The translations under genes and the position numbers were made by a program. From Octopus sinensis (Eukaryota): 64,000 nt of DNA. Each line of letters starts with the position of its first letter. Position 1 is the stretch's first letter. The stretch lies in contig NC_043015.1 of the NCBI RefSeq assembly GCF_006345805.1, positions 32,178,001-32,242,000 on the forward strand, read 5' to 3'. Below are positions 24,608-38,534 of the stretch, in pieces. The notes beneath the pieces are model-generated. The model had not been told where the DNA came from. It did not search any database and saw only the letters and a program-made list of their open reading frames with translations.

Positions 24608-25378
24608 CGACCGGATATGGTTTGCGATGGAGACAGACGGGTAATATGAGCGAGGAGATGACTGGCTATAGAAAGAGAAATGGAAAAACGAAACGAAATA
24701 CGAGTATTTATAGGTGTGGTATTATATAAAAATATTTATAAGAGTATTTCGTTTTTGGATTTGGTTTGCAATATTCTTTATATGAGTTCGTGTGTTGAAG
24801 CATATTCTATTCTGTCTGGGGAGAGTCATTTTATTTTTGTGCCTTATTATGTAACACACTCACCGGTAAAATTTCCAGTTATTTCTTATTCTTATTGTCC
24901 TAAAAATTTCGTTGCGTCTTGAGTTCATGAAAATAACATTAAATTAAGAAAAAATAACATTAATTAAGAAAAAATTTAATAAGAAAAGGAATATCTAATT
25001 CAAGTTATGAAATAATTGGGGGGGAAAAAATGGAAAGAAGAAGTTTGTATTTCTATTAAACAAACCATCCGAAACGAAAAACGAAGAAGAAAAAATCCTA
25101 CTTTTCTATACACGCTTGGTGTGGCTGTGAAGTGCAACTAGTCTGCATGGAGATAGATTATCATAGATAAATGGTCTTATGTTAATTTATACGAGACATC
25201 GGATCCCCGTTGTTGGAGTCTGCGAACCGGTTCCGATTTTTAATTAGAATTCAAATCGCTTACGATGCTTATAATTATCGTGAAAGTATGGCCAACGCAA
25301 GTCTGAAGATTTATACCCACTGAAATGGGATGTTGTGACGTTTATACATTTCACAGGAACATTAAGTGTAAACAAAGT

Positions 25379-25589
25379 ATAGGTACTACTTGAGAACAGT
25401 GGTCCCAGTGCGCGCACTCGCGTACTCGCGCATCCGCGCTAGCTAGTCATGTTTTAAAAATTATTTATTTTGTGTTTTATTTACTTTGCTAGGTAGTCGT
25501 TGTAGGATCGACTAGTCACGACTAGCTAGCGCGGATGCGCGACTGCGCGTGTGCGCGCACCAGGACCACTGTTCGCTAGTAGTACCTAT
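25379..25589. mobile_element. MITE-like element with ~73-bp CpG-rich terminal inverted repeats, TA-flanked
   Basis: ataggtactac...gcatccgcgctagctagtc and its reverse complement surround an AT-rich core. Confidence 0.75.
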
Positions 25590-25879
25590 AAAAGTATCAA
25601 TTGTCGGAATAGTGTATTTATTATGCTTAAATATTTCTAGTATTTTTGCTTATTTTTCTTTTTATTTTACACTACACCCACCCACCCATCCATCTGCGAT
25701 TGAATTTATGGCTACAGTATTCCTAATTACATAAATATTCCGCATGAAAATATAAATCCAAAACAAGAAAATATAATCATGATCGAAGAAAAGCAAAAAC
25801 AAAACAAAATTCAACACTAAGTGTATCAATCGGTCACACATCACAAGAATCAACGGAACTTTTTATCGAAGGAAGCCAA

Positions 25880-26790
25880 CACGTTTGCGACATCATTGCG
25901 GACGATGGCGAGCCTAAGGCGTTGGAATAGCCAAGTACCCTCACAAGCATCACCTGAAGCTTTGGTCGGGCGAGCCGCTGACGACGACAACAATTTCGTT
26001 GTCAGCAGCCCTGCTACTCCAAACGCCACAGGTTGGAAGAAATTGTTCACCGACAAATCCCAATACTTTGGAATTTTGTTAGTTCGGCTACGGAAGCAGC
26101 GACCTTTCCATTTGCCGCAGCATCCGGGATGTGGAGGGTGGGGGTATAGCAGTCTCAGACCGTGGCGTCCCAGACGAGGCACCTACTCTTACCCAGGGAC
26201 AAAGGGTAAGACTCTCTAGTCTCCTTCCATCTCTTCTGGATAATCCCGCCGGCTCGAGAACCGGGAGGATATTTACTTGACCAAATTTAGTTCAGTGTGA
26301 CGAGCGAAACGAGCAGCATTTAGGCGGCAAGAAAAACCATGAAGGTCTATGGAGTCAAGAGGTCTACCACAGTCCCCCACTCTGAGCGCGATGGAAGTGC
26401 GGAGCTCATCCGGACTGAGTTGACTGCCAATGTTGGACAAGGCAGGGCATCAACCCAATCCCCTGAGAATTTCGCAATTAAAGAAAGTAAGGCGACACCT
26501 TGAAAATTGATCAGATTGATCAAAGAGAGAGAGTTGACCCTTTGGGGGTCTCGGAAGGCAAGTTGGTGAGAGCTTTAGGGGCATGAGCAGCAGTTTCGCA
26601 ACCTTGCTCGGTACCCATCCCTATCTCAGTAGGGGAAGATTCGGTGGAGAGTCAGTCTGAAACCGAGGACAAACACACTTTCGCTGTGATCCGTCACAGA
26701 GAGGCCACCCAGCTGCTATGAAATGGGCTTTGTGAGACCGCTTGGAGGGGAATTGAGGGCATCAGTAGGGTCGGCATTAGAATTAGAATT
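25880..26790 (+). mobile_element. Decayed L1/Tx1-like ORF1 remnant (tentative)
   Basis: Frame-broken peptides PLGVSEGKLVRALGA, GKIRWRVSLKP, QLL(Y)..G....GHQ resemble the L1/Tx1 ORF1 region leading to the zinc knuckle; many stops. Confidence 0.4.
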
Positions 26791-27633
26791 CAGATGGGGA
26801 GGAGATGGTGGTGGAGGAAGGGTAGCGATGGAGGTGGAGGTGGAGATCGGTGGACTCGTTTGGAGGGGGGAGGGAGGTTGGCTGTTACGGTAGGATCCGA
26901 ATTTAAAATATTTTCAAAGATGAATTTGCTCTTCATACACTTCGTAAAAGGTAAAAATATAATCAACGTAGAAGTGAAAACTAAATAATTGCAGAAATTG
27001 TACTTGATATAAGATATAAGCTTCAACTAGAGAAAACAAAAACAAAGAGAACGAAAGTTGAATACAAATTGATTGAAGGGAAGCAACTAGTGAAAAGCTG
27101 ATTGCCTCCCTTGTTAGTTGGCTCGTCTCTACATAAGCTTTGTCCGAATTAACATCAAGTCACTCGACAGTCTTAGCTCGACCCGCCAGATCTCTACCCT
27201 CAGTGATCCCATAGCTCCACTACTAGATGCGGGTGTAAGTGGCAGTAGGGACAATCGGGTGCTGCTTAGTATAACTTGGACCCACTTCGATCGCTGGAAA
27301 AATATTGAAGACTGATTTCTAGTGTGGTGAACGAGAGGTGACCCCCACACAAGAAAACTATCGAAAGATATCAAACAAACTTTCTACAAACATGCACACA
27401 CATTTCCGCTTCCGGAAAGGAAGACGACAACCTATGCAAAAAAAAAAAAAAAGGAAAAAAGGTAAAAAGGGAAAATGAAAAGGAAAAGAAGAAAACTCCA
27501 AAACACTTGATTTATTCCTGAAAATCATTTTCTACTCTAGGCACAAGGCTCGAAATTTTTGTGGAGGGGGTCAGTCGATTAGATCGATCCAGTACGCAAC
27601 TGGTACTTAATTTATCGACCTGTCTGTCTGTCA

Positions 27634-27670
<37 letters not shown>

Positions 27671-27673
27671 CTT

Positions 27674-27745
<72 letters not shown>

Positions 27746-27769
27746 TACATGTATATACATTCTTTTATT

Positions 27770-28260
27770 TTTTATTCTCTTACATGTTTCAGCTATTTGA
27801 CCGCGGCCATGCTGGAGCACCGCCTAAAAGGGCTTTAGTCGGAGAAATCGGTCCCAAGACTTATTCTTTTAAGCCTAGTACTTATTCTATGAGTCTCTTT
27901 TGCTGAACTACTAATTCACGAGGATGTAAACACACAAACATCGGTTGTATAACGATGGTTGTGACAAATACAGACACAAACACACACACACATATAAATA
28001 TATATAAGTATAGTCGTTGCCAAAGTGACGACTGTACTTGTTACCTATCGGTTCTAAATTGCGAATAGCCACCTTAATAGTTTATATATATATATATATA
28101 TATGACAGGCTTCTTTCAGTTTCCGTCTACCAAATCCATTCACTAGGCCTTGGTTGGCCCGAGGCTAAAGTAGAAGACACTTGCCCAAGGTGCCACGCAG
28201 TGGAACTGAACCCGGAACCATGTGGTTGGGGAGCAAACTTCTTACGCACAACCGTGCCTA
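27770..28260 (-). mobile_element. tRNA-derived SINE (family A) interrupted by (AT)n
   Basis: Reverse complement of the copy at 63388-63830. Confidence 0.65.
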
Positions 28261-28291
28261 CGCCTGTAATCTCCCCCTCTTTCTCTCTCTT

Positions 28292-28354
<63 letters not shown>

Positions 28355-29117
28355 ATATATATATTTAAAATTTAAAAATAGGATAAGATCTTTATAAGAA
28401 TTTATCAAGTAGTCAGCGTGAAAAAAACCTCGTGTTTTTTAAATGGCTTATAAACACCTTCCACGCTGCAATTGTTTTCGTTCCAGCACACGATCTCAGA
28501 TCAGGTCACTTGCTATGCAAGTACATCTCCGTAATATATATATATATATATATCAGACAGAGGGATTGAGAGTGAGTATGTGAGTTATTTCCCTTAGTAT
28601 TAACAGTTATTTCCCTTGTAAATTTCATCGCACGAGATGAGTGACAGCTTCTCAGATATTTAAAAAGACTTCTCCCTTTCTCTCACTCACTTCCCCAATC
28701 TAGACCGATGTGATCGATGCAGCTGGTGCTTTGCTTGATTTGTTGCTGATTGATAATTGCACGAAAAGGTGTAGTGAGAGAGAGAATTCTGGAGCGATGC
28801 ACTTTTTGCTCTCTTTATAAGTATTTTGTGTGGAATCTGTTGGCCGAGACAGATTAGTCACAAGAAGTCAAAAGCAAGTGAATAAGGTTTATTTGACGGA
28901 GGTGACTCATCAATTCAGAGGAGGAACAGAAACTGTTAGTGTAGCAATAAAAATAATAGGATAAAAGACAAATGACTACAGTTTGCCTGTGAGTTAATGT
29001 TTGCAAACATTGTCTTTCCGATATGGTTTAGGAAGATCGTGGGTTAAACAGCAGCAGCAGTAATCGCGGTGGTAACAGCATCGGCGGTAGTTGCAACAGC
29101 ACTGTCCCTCATATACT

Positions 29118-29718
29118 TATTTCTTTATTGCCCACAAGGGACTAAACATAGAGGGGACAAACAAGGACAGACAAAGGGATTTAATCGATTACATAGATTA
29201 CAGTGAGTAACTGGTACTTATTTAATCGACCCCCAAAAGGATGAAAGGCAAAGGCGACCTCGGCGGAATTTGAACTCAGAACCTAACGGCAGACGAAATA
29301 CCTATTTCTTTACTACCCACAATGGGCTAAACACAGAGAAGACAAACAAGGACAGACAAAGGGGTTAAGTCGATTATATCGATCCCAGTGCGTAACTGGT
29401 ACTTAATTTATCGACCCCGGAGGGATGAAAGGCAAAGTTGACCTCGGCGGAATTTGAACTCATAACGTAACGGCAGACGAAATACCTATTTCTTTACTAC
29501 CCACAAGGGGCTAAACACAGAGAGGACAAACAAGGACAGACAAACGGATTAAGTCGATTACATCGATCCCCGTGCGTAACTGGTACTTATTTAATCGACC
29601 CCGAAAGGATGAAAAGCAAAGTCGACCTCGGCGGAATTTGAACTCAGAACGTAGCGGCAGACAAAATACCGCTAAGCATTTCGCCCGGCGTGCTAACGTT
29701 TCTGCTAGCTCGCCGCCT
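29118..29718 (-). mobile_element. SINE family B with one head and three tandem ~185-bp body units
   Basis: Unit start tatttcttta at 29118, 29303 and 29487; head ggcggcgagctagcagaaacg at 29718. Confidence 0.8.
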
Positions 29719-29768
29719 TTTTAAACCCACCACCCACCCACCCTAAACCCACCCACCTACCTACCTAC

Positions 29769-29844
<76 letters not shown>

Positions 29845-30273
29845 GTAATGTGTGTATCTGTGCAACAGAGAGGGAAATCAAAACTGCATATGTTGTGAAC
29901 TCAGAATATGTGTTTATTAATAAAAGTTTAATAAAGATAATCTTTTATTCATACGAACGTAACTGATATGAAATATGTCATCAATAACAGTGACAAACTG
30001 AGTAGACACCGCAGGAAATTGTTGTTGACAAACTACAGCAGAAATTGTATTCACCTCAATAGACGTCATTGATTGGTTGAAATTGCCGAAATGCAAGAAA
30101 TTTAACAAGAAATAGCTTACAAACTACAGAATTTTCCCAAGAAAACCAAGAGAAAAAGATGTTTTATGTAACACACTACCAGTATAGGAAGCTTAAAAGT
30201 GTTTAGTTACAAAGAAATTATTTTAAAAATCTGCCGGTCAAAGCGAAAAGATCCATCAACCAACCAATGAATG

Positions 30274-31265
30274 AACGAGTGAACGAACGAACGAACGAAC
30301 GAACGAACCAACCTACCAATGAACGAACGAGCGAACGGACGGACGAAAGAACTAGCTAATGAATTAGCCAACGAACCAACCAGCCAAAGCCCACCAATCA
30401 ACGAACCCACTTAGCAAATAAGCAAACGACCACCCTATGTATCAGCCAATCAAACCAAACTACCCACTCCGTCAAACCGTTAAGCAACCAACCCATTAAC
30501 GAATCCATCAAGCAAGCAAGCAACCATCCAACCGACCAACCAACCAACCAACCAACCAACCAACCAACAACCATCCAGCCAACAAACCAACCAACCAACC
30601 AGCCAGCCAACCAACCAACCAACCAACCATCCAGCCAACCAACCAACCAACCAACCAACCAACCAACCAACCAACCAACCAACCAACCAACCAACCAAGC
30701 AACCATCCAACCGACCAACCAACCAACCAACCAACCAACCAACCAACCATCCAGCCAACAAACCAACCAACCAACCAGCCAGCCAACCAACCAACCAACC
30801 ATCCAGCCAACCAACCAACCAACCAACCAACCAACCAACCAACCAACCAACCAACCAACCAACCAACCAACCATCCAGCCAATCATCCAAGCAAGCAAGC
30901 AAGCAAGCAACCAGCCAACCAGCCATCCAGCTAACCAACCAATCAACCAACCAGCCATCCAACCAGCCAACCAGCCAACTAACCGATAAATCGATTAACC
31001 AACCAACCAACCATCCAACCAGCCAACCAACCAGCCAACCAACCGTCCAACTGACCAGCCAACCAACCAACCAACCAACCAACCAACCAACCAACCAACC
31101 AACCAAAAGTCCAAACAAGCAATGAAGCAACTAACAAACCAATCAGCCAAACAACCCAGCCACTCATGGAACCAAGGCATCAATCAACATACAAACAAAC
31201 CGACCGACCAAGACACCCACCCACCCACCCCAAAACCAGCCAATCAACCAACTAGCCAGCCATCA
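30274..31265. repeat. Degenerate (ACCA)n tetranucleotide array, ~1 kb
   Basis: Direct reading; source of the WLVG-repeat ORFs. Confidence 0.95.
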
Positions 31266-31641
31266 AGCCAACCAATCTGCCGATAATGGACGAAAGAAAC
31301 CTCGTGAACCAAGGACGCCATTGAGCAGGTCGCATGTTGGAAATCTTTCCCCAAAGATGTTTCTGAATAGAGTTCGTTAATCACCGAGTATAGAACTTCA
31401 TCGATAGAAAAAGGTGAGCGGGGAGTGGGGATGGGGGTGGGTGGAGGGAGAGCGATAGGTTAGGAAGAAAGGGACCAGGATTTAGTTCTATCAATGTAAT
31501 TTGGCTATTGAGAATTTAAGCAATATTTACGAGCATTCATTGACGATATTGCAAAAAGCCGTAAATGTACTTCTTAGATAACCTTACGTAGGAATTAAAT
31601 GTCTACCCGTATATATATGCCTGTATATATACTCTCCTATA

Positions 31642-31793
<152 letters not shown>

Positions 31794-31974
31794 AAATATA
31801 CATATATTTCATGTGTGTATGTATGTGTATGTATATATATATATATATATATTATATATAATATATATATACATGTGTGTATGTGTGTGTATGTATATAT
31901 ACATATATATACATGTGTGTATGTGTGTGTATGTATATATATATGAATATGAATGTATGCATATATATATATGA

Positions 31975-32017
<43 letters not shown>

Positions 32018-32324
32018 TATGTATATATATGTATGTGTGTATGTGTGTATGTGTGAGGGTGTCTATTTTTAAATATTTGTCACTGGTCACTGATTTATTT
32101 CTCTTACCTCAGTTTTATATATATGTGTACACACACACCCACCTACACACACACACACACACACACATACACACACACACACACGTATATATACAGTTTA
32201 TATACATTCAAATACATATGTGTGCGTGTGTTTGTATGGACCGTACACACATAAGTTACATAAGCATATATGCATAACGCTACTGTAAACGTTTTATGAC
32301 CACACAAATCCATACGCATATCTG

Positions 32325-32355
<31 letters not shown>

Positions 32356-32522
32356 ACACACACAGACACACACATACAGACACACACAGACACACACACA
32401 CGCACACGTACATATCTATTCATCCATATATACATACGCACATGCGTATGTAAGTGTGTGTATTGTGGCTTCGCAAAGAAAAACTTGCTCAATGCTAATT
32501 TATGCAAATGTGCAGGGATTAA

Positions 32523-32553
<31 letters not shown>

Positions 32554-32571
32554 TATATATATATATTACAT

Positions 32572-32617
<46 letters not shown>

Positions 32618-32618
32618 T

Positions 32619-32649
<31 letters not shown>

Positions 32650-32855
32650 TATATAATGTAATTTTTCTGAATCTTCAGATTTTTCTTTATGTTAGACCAC
32701 TGGTTTTAAATTGATATTAATCAAATTAATATTTAATTTTTCACCCTCATTATTTCAAATATATATATATATATATTCAAAATGTGACCTCGAGTGTACC
32801 GTTGGCGATTTTTTCCCCCTCTGTCTTCCCTTCTTTGGATCTTTCCTTCTCCTAT

Positions 32856-32890
32856 GTTTCCGACGAAGAGCTCCGCTCGCAACGTTAAAC
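32856..32890 (+). ncRNA. Degenerate minimal hammerhead motif in a Penelope pLTR-like repeat
   Basis: gttt-CCGACGA-A-GAGC TCC GCTC-GCAA-CG-TT|aaac; palindromic ACGT stem III; A13 mutated. Confidence 0.5.
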
Positions 32891-32949
32891 CTTCCTTCTT
32901 TCCTACGTCCTCGCGTTTTTTTGTGCTTTCATGTTTGGATTAACTTTAT

Positions 32950-33022
<73 letters not shown>

Positions 33023-33454
33023 AAATAAAAGAGAAAACGAAAGGGAACTAGAGAACAGCCTGGCTGGGCCGAGATACAGATTCCTCAATCTCACTGTTGT
33101 TGTGAACCGTGGAATTGAACTTCTGTGCGAAATAACTGTTTCCAATATCACCGATAGATTTTGCTCATTATAAATATGGAAAGGTAACTTCTAAATTGCA
33201 ATTTACTATGCAAATGAAAAAAACAAAATATTTATGAGTAATTGCTTATTTTTAACCTAGAAAACATAACCTTTTAAATTGTGGTTTATTATGCAAATAG
33301 AATATTTTGATATTTATGTGTAATTTATTTAAATTCAGGGTTCTTTTAGAACACACGGTACAGGTGCTGGTGTTTTTTTTTGTGTGTAAGGTGGTCTGTG
33401 CCTGTATGTGCGTGTCCGTGTGTGTGTGTGTGTATTCATCAGGCTATGTCTGCT

Positions 33455-33495
<41 letters not shown>

Positions 33496-34166
33496 GTGAG
33501 AGAGCGTGTGCGTGTGAATCTCTGTAATTTTTTCTCTCTCTCCCCCTCTCACTACACACACGCACACACATACATATATGACAGAAAGGAAGAAAAAACA
33601 GGATTGATGCAAATAGTATAATACATACATCGATATGCGCACTCACAAAAGACACACATATACATACGTAAGATGAAATAAAAAAAAATAAAAAAAAACA
33701 GAGACAAATAAGTAAATAAATGAAAACAAAAATACTAGTATAAAGGGTACTGATACGAACAATCTAGTAAACACAGCCGTAAACACACGCACAAAGCACA
33801 CATTCAAAACATATAGACACGCGAACATACGCAAACACGCACACACACACACTACGCGCGCGCACAGAGTTACAGACGCAAACGCATGCGCATATAAGGA
33901 TACACACCATAGAAAGACAAAATGGGACAAAACAGAACAGGAGGAGACACGTGAGATGGAAGAGTCGATGTAGAGGTCACAGACGTGTGACGAAAGATTT
34001 CCAGACAATGGACATAAGATAAAATAAGAACAATAATGAACGAGTGAAGAACGAATATATAGTGCGTGTGTTTATTTGACAAGAAAAAAAATGACCGTCC
34101 CGAAATATAGCAATATGTGTATACATATATATATTTATGTATATATCTGTAACTATAATGTGACAA

Positions 34167-34257
34167 TTTTTCGGTAGCCATGATAAAACTCAGATTTTCG
34201 GATGTCGGGATGGAAACCCACCCCGGCATCTCTTCAGTTATCGGGCCATCGAAAAAA
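34167..34257 (-). ncRNA. Type I hammerhead ribozyme motif with long stems I and II (slightly degenerate)
   Basis: CTGAAGA at 34237-34231, ~30-nt stem II hairpin, GAAA at 34199-34196, GUU site, stem I tttcgatggcc-c-gataa / ttatc-at-ggctaccgaaaa. Confidence 0.7.
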
Positions 34258-34420
34258 TATTATATTTACCGATAAATTTCTCTATTTACATAATATCGGG
34301 GTCTCTTTCATCCTTTTTTTGTCTTGCCATTTCTATCAATATATATCTATATGTATCTATATGTATATTTATCTATATATATCTATATGTGTATATATAT
34401 AAATGTATATATATATATAA

Positions 34421-34680
34421 TAATAGTTATCGCCAAACTAATATGGCAGTCCATAAATATAAGACTAAAGCTGCATTGATAAAGGGCAACAACCCCGAAA
34501 CATGTCTGCAGATGTCTGACCAGCAAAGTGAAGCGGCTGACCTCCCCTGTTCGAAGGTTGTAATGGACGCAGGTTCGTGTGTCATATAGCTAGCTAGAGG
34601 CGACGGCCTCTTGGAGCTAATCAGCGACAGCTTTAGTCTTGTATTTATGGACTGCCATATTAGTTTGGCGATAACTATTA
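34421..34680. mobile_element. MITE with ~53-bp near-perfect terminal inverted repeats, TA-flanked
   Basis: taatagttatcgccaaactaatatggcagtccataaata(t/c)aagactaaagctg; one mismatch between arms. Confidence 0.8.
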
Positions 34681-35139
34681 ATATCCAGTAACGCTGCCGT
34701 AATCTCCTTTAGAGGGACTTAGTAATTTTAATATTTCTATGTATATATATATATATATGTATATATATGTATATATATATATGTATATATATGTATATAT
34801 ATATATGTATATATATATGTATATATATGTATATATATGTATATATATATGTATATATATATATGTATATATATATGTATATACATACACATATATACTT
34901 ACACACACATATATATATGTATATATATGCACACACACATACACACACCCAGACACACAGACACACACACGCACACATAATTTATAGCTTTATTATAAAA
35001 TCTAAACATTAGGAAATTAAGTAAATTCCGGTTTTAGATTTTTCGCGAAGAGAAAATCTTTTTGTCTCTTTCAGATTTCGCCTTCGCTAATAACAATGGT
35101 TCTAAAATTACAGGAACCGTTTTGTATTGTCAACATTGG

Positions 35140-35712
35140 TGCCGGTGGTAGTGGTTAATTCTGGTGATTGGGACAGCGGTGGTGGTGCTGGTGGGGGAGT
35201 GTGTGTGTGATGGTAGGGAGCGTTGTGGCGGTGGTATGAGCGATGAGTTTGTGATGGTCGACTGGGGAGATATGGTTGTAGGTGTGGTAGTTGTGGTGGT
35301 GATTGGAGGGTGGTGGTTGTGAGGGCAAAAGTGCTGGTGGTGGTGGTGGTACTGGTGGTAATGGTGGTGATAGTGGGGGAGGGTGGTGATGGTTGTGGTG
35401 GTGCTTGTGGTAGTTGTGGTGGTGGTGGTGTTGGTTGTGGTGGTTATAGTGGTGGCGGTGGTGGTAGTTGTAGTAATGTTTGTTGTGATGGTGGTGGTGG
35501 TGGTACTGGTGATAATGGTGGTGATAGTGGGGGAGGGTGGTGATGGTTGTGGTGGTGGTGGTTTTGGTTGTGGTGGTTATAGTGGTGGCGGTGGTGGTGA
35601 TTGTAGTAATGTTTGTTGTGATGGTGGTGGTGGTGGTTGTGATGGTTATAGTGGTGGCGGTGGTAGTGGGTGTGGTGGTGTTGGTGGTTGCTGTGGTCGT
35701 GGTGGTGGTTGC
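35140..35712. repeat. Degenerate (GGT)n array with an internal higher-order duplication
   Basis: Direct reading. Confidence 0.9.
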
Positions 35713-36103
35713 AGTTCACCGTCTCTTGACCGACTGAGGTCACACATGTGTGTGTGCGTGTGTGCGTGCGTGTGTGCGTGCGTGCGTGTGTTTCCTTGTG
35801 TTAGTTCCACACCACCGCTAGATAACTGCTGTTGATTCGTTTACGTCCTATAACAGCGATTCTGCCAAACAAACCTATGGACCACCTACCAGGCTTGAAG
35901 AAAAAAATTAATACTGGGGTCGATTTGTTCGACAAAACCTTTCAAGGTGTTGCCCTAGTATGGCCGCAGTCCAATGACTGAAACAGGTAAGAAGATAAAA
36001 AAATTGGGAGAAAATGACTGGAACTGTTGTTGGAAAATCTCTGGAAAATGTATCAGTCTTTGGAAAATGTATGACGTTTGTTACACACACATACACACAC
36101 ACA

Positions 36104-36144
<41 letters not shown>

Positions 36145-36369
36145 GCGCGTTCACGCATTGTAAATGGAGTTTGAATTACTCGTTCATTGAATTAACTCAC
36201 GGACTTTTAACACAATTCTAGAATTGAGTCCTTGAGAGTGCAATAAATGACAAATAATATGATTAGGCAGCAGATGCGTAATATAACAATGAATTTGGCG
36301 AGTCTGGGAGCTACTACTGTTTATAACAACCGTTTGAGAATATTGGTTTCAAATTTTGGAACAAAGCTA

Positions 36370-36830
36370 GCAATTTGCGGGGAGGGGATAAGTCAATTGC
36401 ATCGATCCCAGTACTTAACTGCGACCTATTTTATTGACCCTCAAAGGGATGAAAGACCTCTGTGAAATTTGAACTCAGAACGTAAAGTTGGACGAAATGC
36501 CGCTAAATATTTTGCCCGGCGTGAAAACGTTTCTTATTTCTTTATTGCCCACAAGGGGCTAAACACAGAGGGGACAAACAAGGACAGACAAAGGGATTAA
36601 GTCGATTACATCGACCCCAGTACTTAACTGCTACCTATTTTATCGACCCTCAAAAGGATGAAAGACCTCTGTGGAATTTGAACTCAGAACGTAAAGTCGG
36701 ACGAAATGCCGCTAAATATTTCGCCCGGCGTGAAAACGTTTCTTATTTCTTTATTGCTCACAAGGTGCTAAACACAGAGGGGACAAACAAGGACAGACAA
36801 ACGGATTAAGTCGATTACATCAACCCCAGT
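36370..36830 (-). mobile_element. SINE family B, two tandem body units
   Basis: Repeated gaaatgccgctaaatattt...gaaaacgtttcttatttc. Confidence 0.7.
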
Positions 36831-37274
36831 GCAGTTCATTTAGTAATTACACTTTCTTCGTACATAACACAAATGTCTTGATAGGGTCTGGCTACTTTGA
36901 AACATTGCTTGCGAGAGAAAAGAGAGCAGGCGTTGAAAATGCTTATTTTTTATCTACTTTGTACTCCATCGTCATATGCCTGGAAAGAGGTAAAATTTTA
37001 TTCAAATTTAAATGACGATAAACAAAAGGTGTACAAGAGGGATAGAGCTACAAAACATCTCTCATAAAATACTATAATAAGACTTATTTTTCATGTTAAT
37101 TCAAATAACATTGAAAAGAAACGAATGAATTTATCTAAACAACACACACACACAGACACACGCGCGCGCGCGTGCATACAACATCCTTCAAGAATACAAA
37201 TTTAAGCTCAAAACCCTACATATCTTTGGGATTTGGGAAACGGTTAAAAACAAACGAAAGAAGCAAACAAGAAC

Positions 37275-37318
<44 letters not shown>

Positions 37319-37353
37319 TACATGTATGTGTGAGTATATATGTATATATACGT

Positions 37354-37386
<33 letters not shown>

Positions 37387-37457
37387 TTATATATATATAT
37401 GTATATATATATATATGTTATATATATGTATATATATATATTATATATATATATATA

Positions 37458-37492
<35 letters not shown>

Positions 37493-37516
37493 TATGTGTG
37501 CGTCTGTGTGTGCGTC

Positions 37517-37551
<35 letters not shown>

Positions 37552-37617
37552 TGTGTGTAGATTTATGCATTATACATATCCATATATATAGCTAGATGTA
37601 TCTGTATATATCATATG

Positions 37618-37698
<81 letters not shown>

Positions 37699-37699
37699 T

Positions 37700-37751
<52 letters not shown>

Positions 37752-38483
37752 AATATATATGCACAGGCGCGCGTGCACAAAACATATATTATCAGTCTCC
37801 TTCTTCTGTTTTCAAAACTGAATTGGTGAGAATAATTTGTGCTGAGTTTGTTATGAGAAAACATTCAACAAACAAAAAAAGTTTTGTTTGTTGCATTCAT
37901 TTGATTCTTTTCTTTTTTTTTTTTACATTTTTTACCATTCTATCTCGACACTTCTAAAAACTATTCTAATTACGAAAAAGAAAAAAAAAAGAAAAAAAAA
38001 GAAAGAAACGAAGAAAGAGTAAAAAAGGAAGAGTTATAGCATTTTATTGAAATACTGATCTTAACTCCCAAAAGGATTAATAATAATAATAAAAAAAAGG
38101 GGGAAAAAAAAAAAATTCCTGGGATTCTTCGATAAAGGTGTTTTCTGGTAAATTGTAATGGCGTTTCTTAGTTCTCACGCTAAATCCAATCAATATACGC
38201 CATGCAAGATTGCCGACTTAGCACAACGTCTTAAATATTTCAAAGAAGAGATCTGGCTTCTGAGCGTGTTGGAACAAACCAGAACATGTTGTATATGTTT
38301 TAATGGAAATGGAAGATGTTCAAAAATCAAACCTCGTTTGGAATCTTCAGTTCCTGCTCCTCCGTCTCCTTCCTCTCCTCCGTCTCCTTCCTCTCCTCCG
38401 TCTCCTCCTTCATCGCTTTTCTTTTTCTCGTCTCTCTCTCTCTCTCTCTACTTCACATACAGAACCAACTTGAATGCTGTGAA

Positions 38484-38534
<51 letters not shown>

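Noticed and set aside
25821-26219. Divergently transcribed host gene
   Set aside because: No recognisable domain or splice pattern; better explained as a decayed LINE ORF1 region.
27130-27330. L1/Tx1 zinc-finger remnant (PDCPYCH...LWDH, minus strand)
   Set aside because: Too short and degenerate to support as a feature.
30398-31183. Long WLVG-repeat ORFs
   Set aside because: Translation of the (ACCA)n microsatellite; the same applies to the YI, HT, CV, poly-N, poly-I and poly-K ORFs elsewhere.
35310-35835. Gly/Cys-rich keratin-associated-like protein
   Set aside because: Degenerate (GGT)n array. The Gly frame shifts within the duplicated unit, and there is no signal peptide or splice context.
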